DNA of 64,000 nucleotides from Opitutales bacterium. Its GTDB lineage: Bacteria; Verrucomicrobiota; Verrucomicrobiia; Opitutales; UBA2987. The notes beneath the pieces are model-generated. The model saw nothing but the letters and a program-made list of their open reading frames with translations, ran no database searches and had not been told where the DNA came from. The stretch covers positions 256,001 through 320,000 of the forward strand of contig CBDDEL010000014.1 of NCBI GenBank assembly GCA_965226885.1, given 5' to 3'. Shown one piece after another: positions 63,251-64,000 of this stretch (position 1 is the first letter of the stretch; every line of letters starts with the position of its first letter). Position numbers and translations under genes: made by a program.

Positions 63251-64000
63251 GAGGCTGTCCCAAAAGGGTGATTTTTGCGAGGGCTTCTGATAGGCGCTCA
63301 TTTTAGAGGTATTTGCATTTGGGAGAGTATCAACTTTGCTCTCCTATAACGTTAGGATACTGGTTTTGGGGTCCGGTTGCCTGGTTTTCTTTGTATGAGC
63401 CGACAGTAAGGCTGTGAAAAAGTATTGTCCTTGCTTTTCCGCTCTCTAGGCCGCCGCTTTGGTTTTTAGTTCGTCTTGCTGGGCCAGCATCTTGGCTACT
63501 TTCCATAGGTTGTGCGAGAGTACCGACCAGGCTACGCTGATCGAGCGGTTGGCAAAGCCTTTGCTGCGCAACCGCCCGGCCTGCCAGCGATTCTTCAATA
63601 CCCCGATCCGCCCTTCGGTGCTGGCCCGGCGCTTTTGCAATTGCCTGAACAGTGGTTCCTCCATCCGTTTTTTCAACTGCTTCGGATCGCGTGGACAGAG
63701 CGCGTCGTAGATTCCCTCCTGGGCTAACTGCCGGCGGGCCCGCTGGGAGGCAAATCCCCGGTCCGCGCACATGGCCGCTATGGGTTCTTCCAGGTTGAAG
63801 CGGTTCTGTCTTTGCAAACTCTCTTGCATTTGTTCATTTTCGCTTGGAGTTCGGCTGCCGTAGAGTTTCCAGTCCAGCAGGTACCCTTCAACGCTTTCTC
63901 CCAAAAACAGGGTGTTGCCGAACTCGACCTCTTGGCCCGCTTTACCTCGCACAATCACCTGCCCATCGAGTTCGTAAACACTCAAGACTTTCTCTGCGTT
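63251..64000 (-). mobile_element. IS5-like/ISNCY-type element, copy 3 (runs off the window)
   Basis: IR GAGGCTGTCCCAAAA preceded by TAATTA; transposase 3' part ends at 63446. Confidence 0.92.

Noticed and set aside
1..64000. CRISPR array, rRNA or intact tRNA genes
   Set aside because: No regularly spaced repeat-spacer units or recognisable rRNA/tRNA sequence; the long repeats are IS copies

Overview
Bacterial chromosomal window, probably Verrucomicrobiota/Opitutales-like (inferred from protein and gene-order resemblance, not verified). It has three zones. (1) 1-32.7 kb is a surface-glycan locus: a GT4 remnant, a WcaF-like acetyltransferase, a polyprenyl sugar-1-P transferase and three tandem HTH-like/O-antigen-ligase(Wzy_C)/TPR paralogs. 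About 70% of this zone is IS DNA, and only the middle ligase paralog is intact. (2) 33.0-59.5 kb is a core block with no intact IS: moxR-DUF58-batA/BC/D/E, hyi-like, yicC, trpB, RsbU-like phosphatase plus STAS, acnA, peroxiredoxin, tyrS, TetR/epimerase, aspS, and a secreted beta-propeller paired with a circularly permuted SpoIVB-type protease. (3) 59.5-64 kb is decayed accessory DNA containing an IS-split gene with a RHIM-like VQIG motif. Twenty IS copies of seven elements (IS3, IS1380, IS5-like/ISNCY, two IS1-family, IS21, IS630) were delimited by their IRs and, where preserved, TSDs. They are nested up to three deep, with IS-mediated deletions and a recurrent signature of 6-25 bp tandem duplications. 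All family assignments come from motif recognition; no database searches were run.
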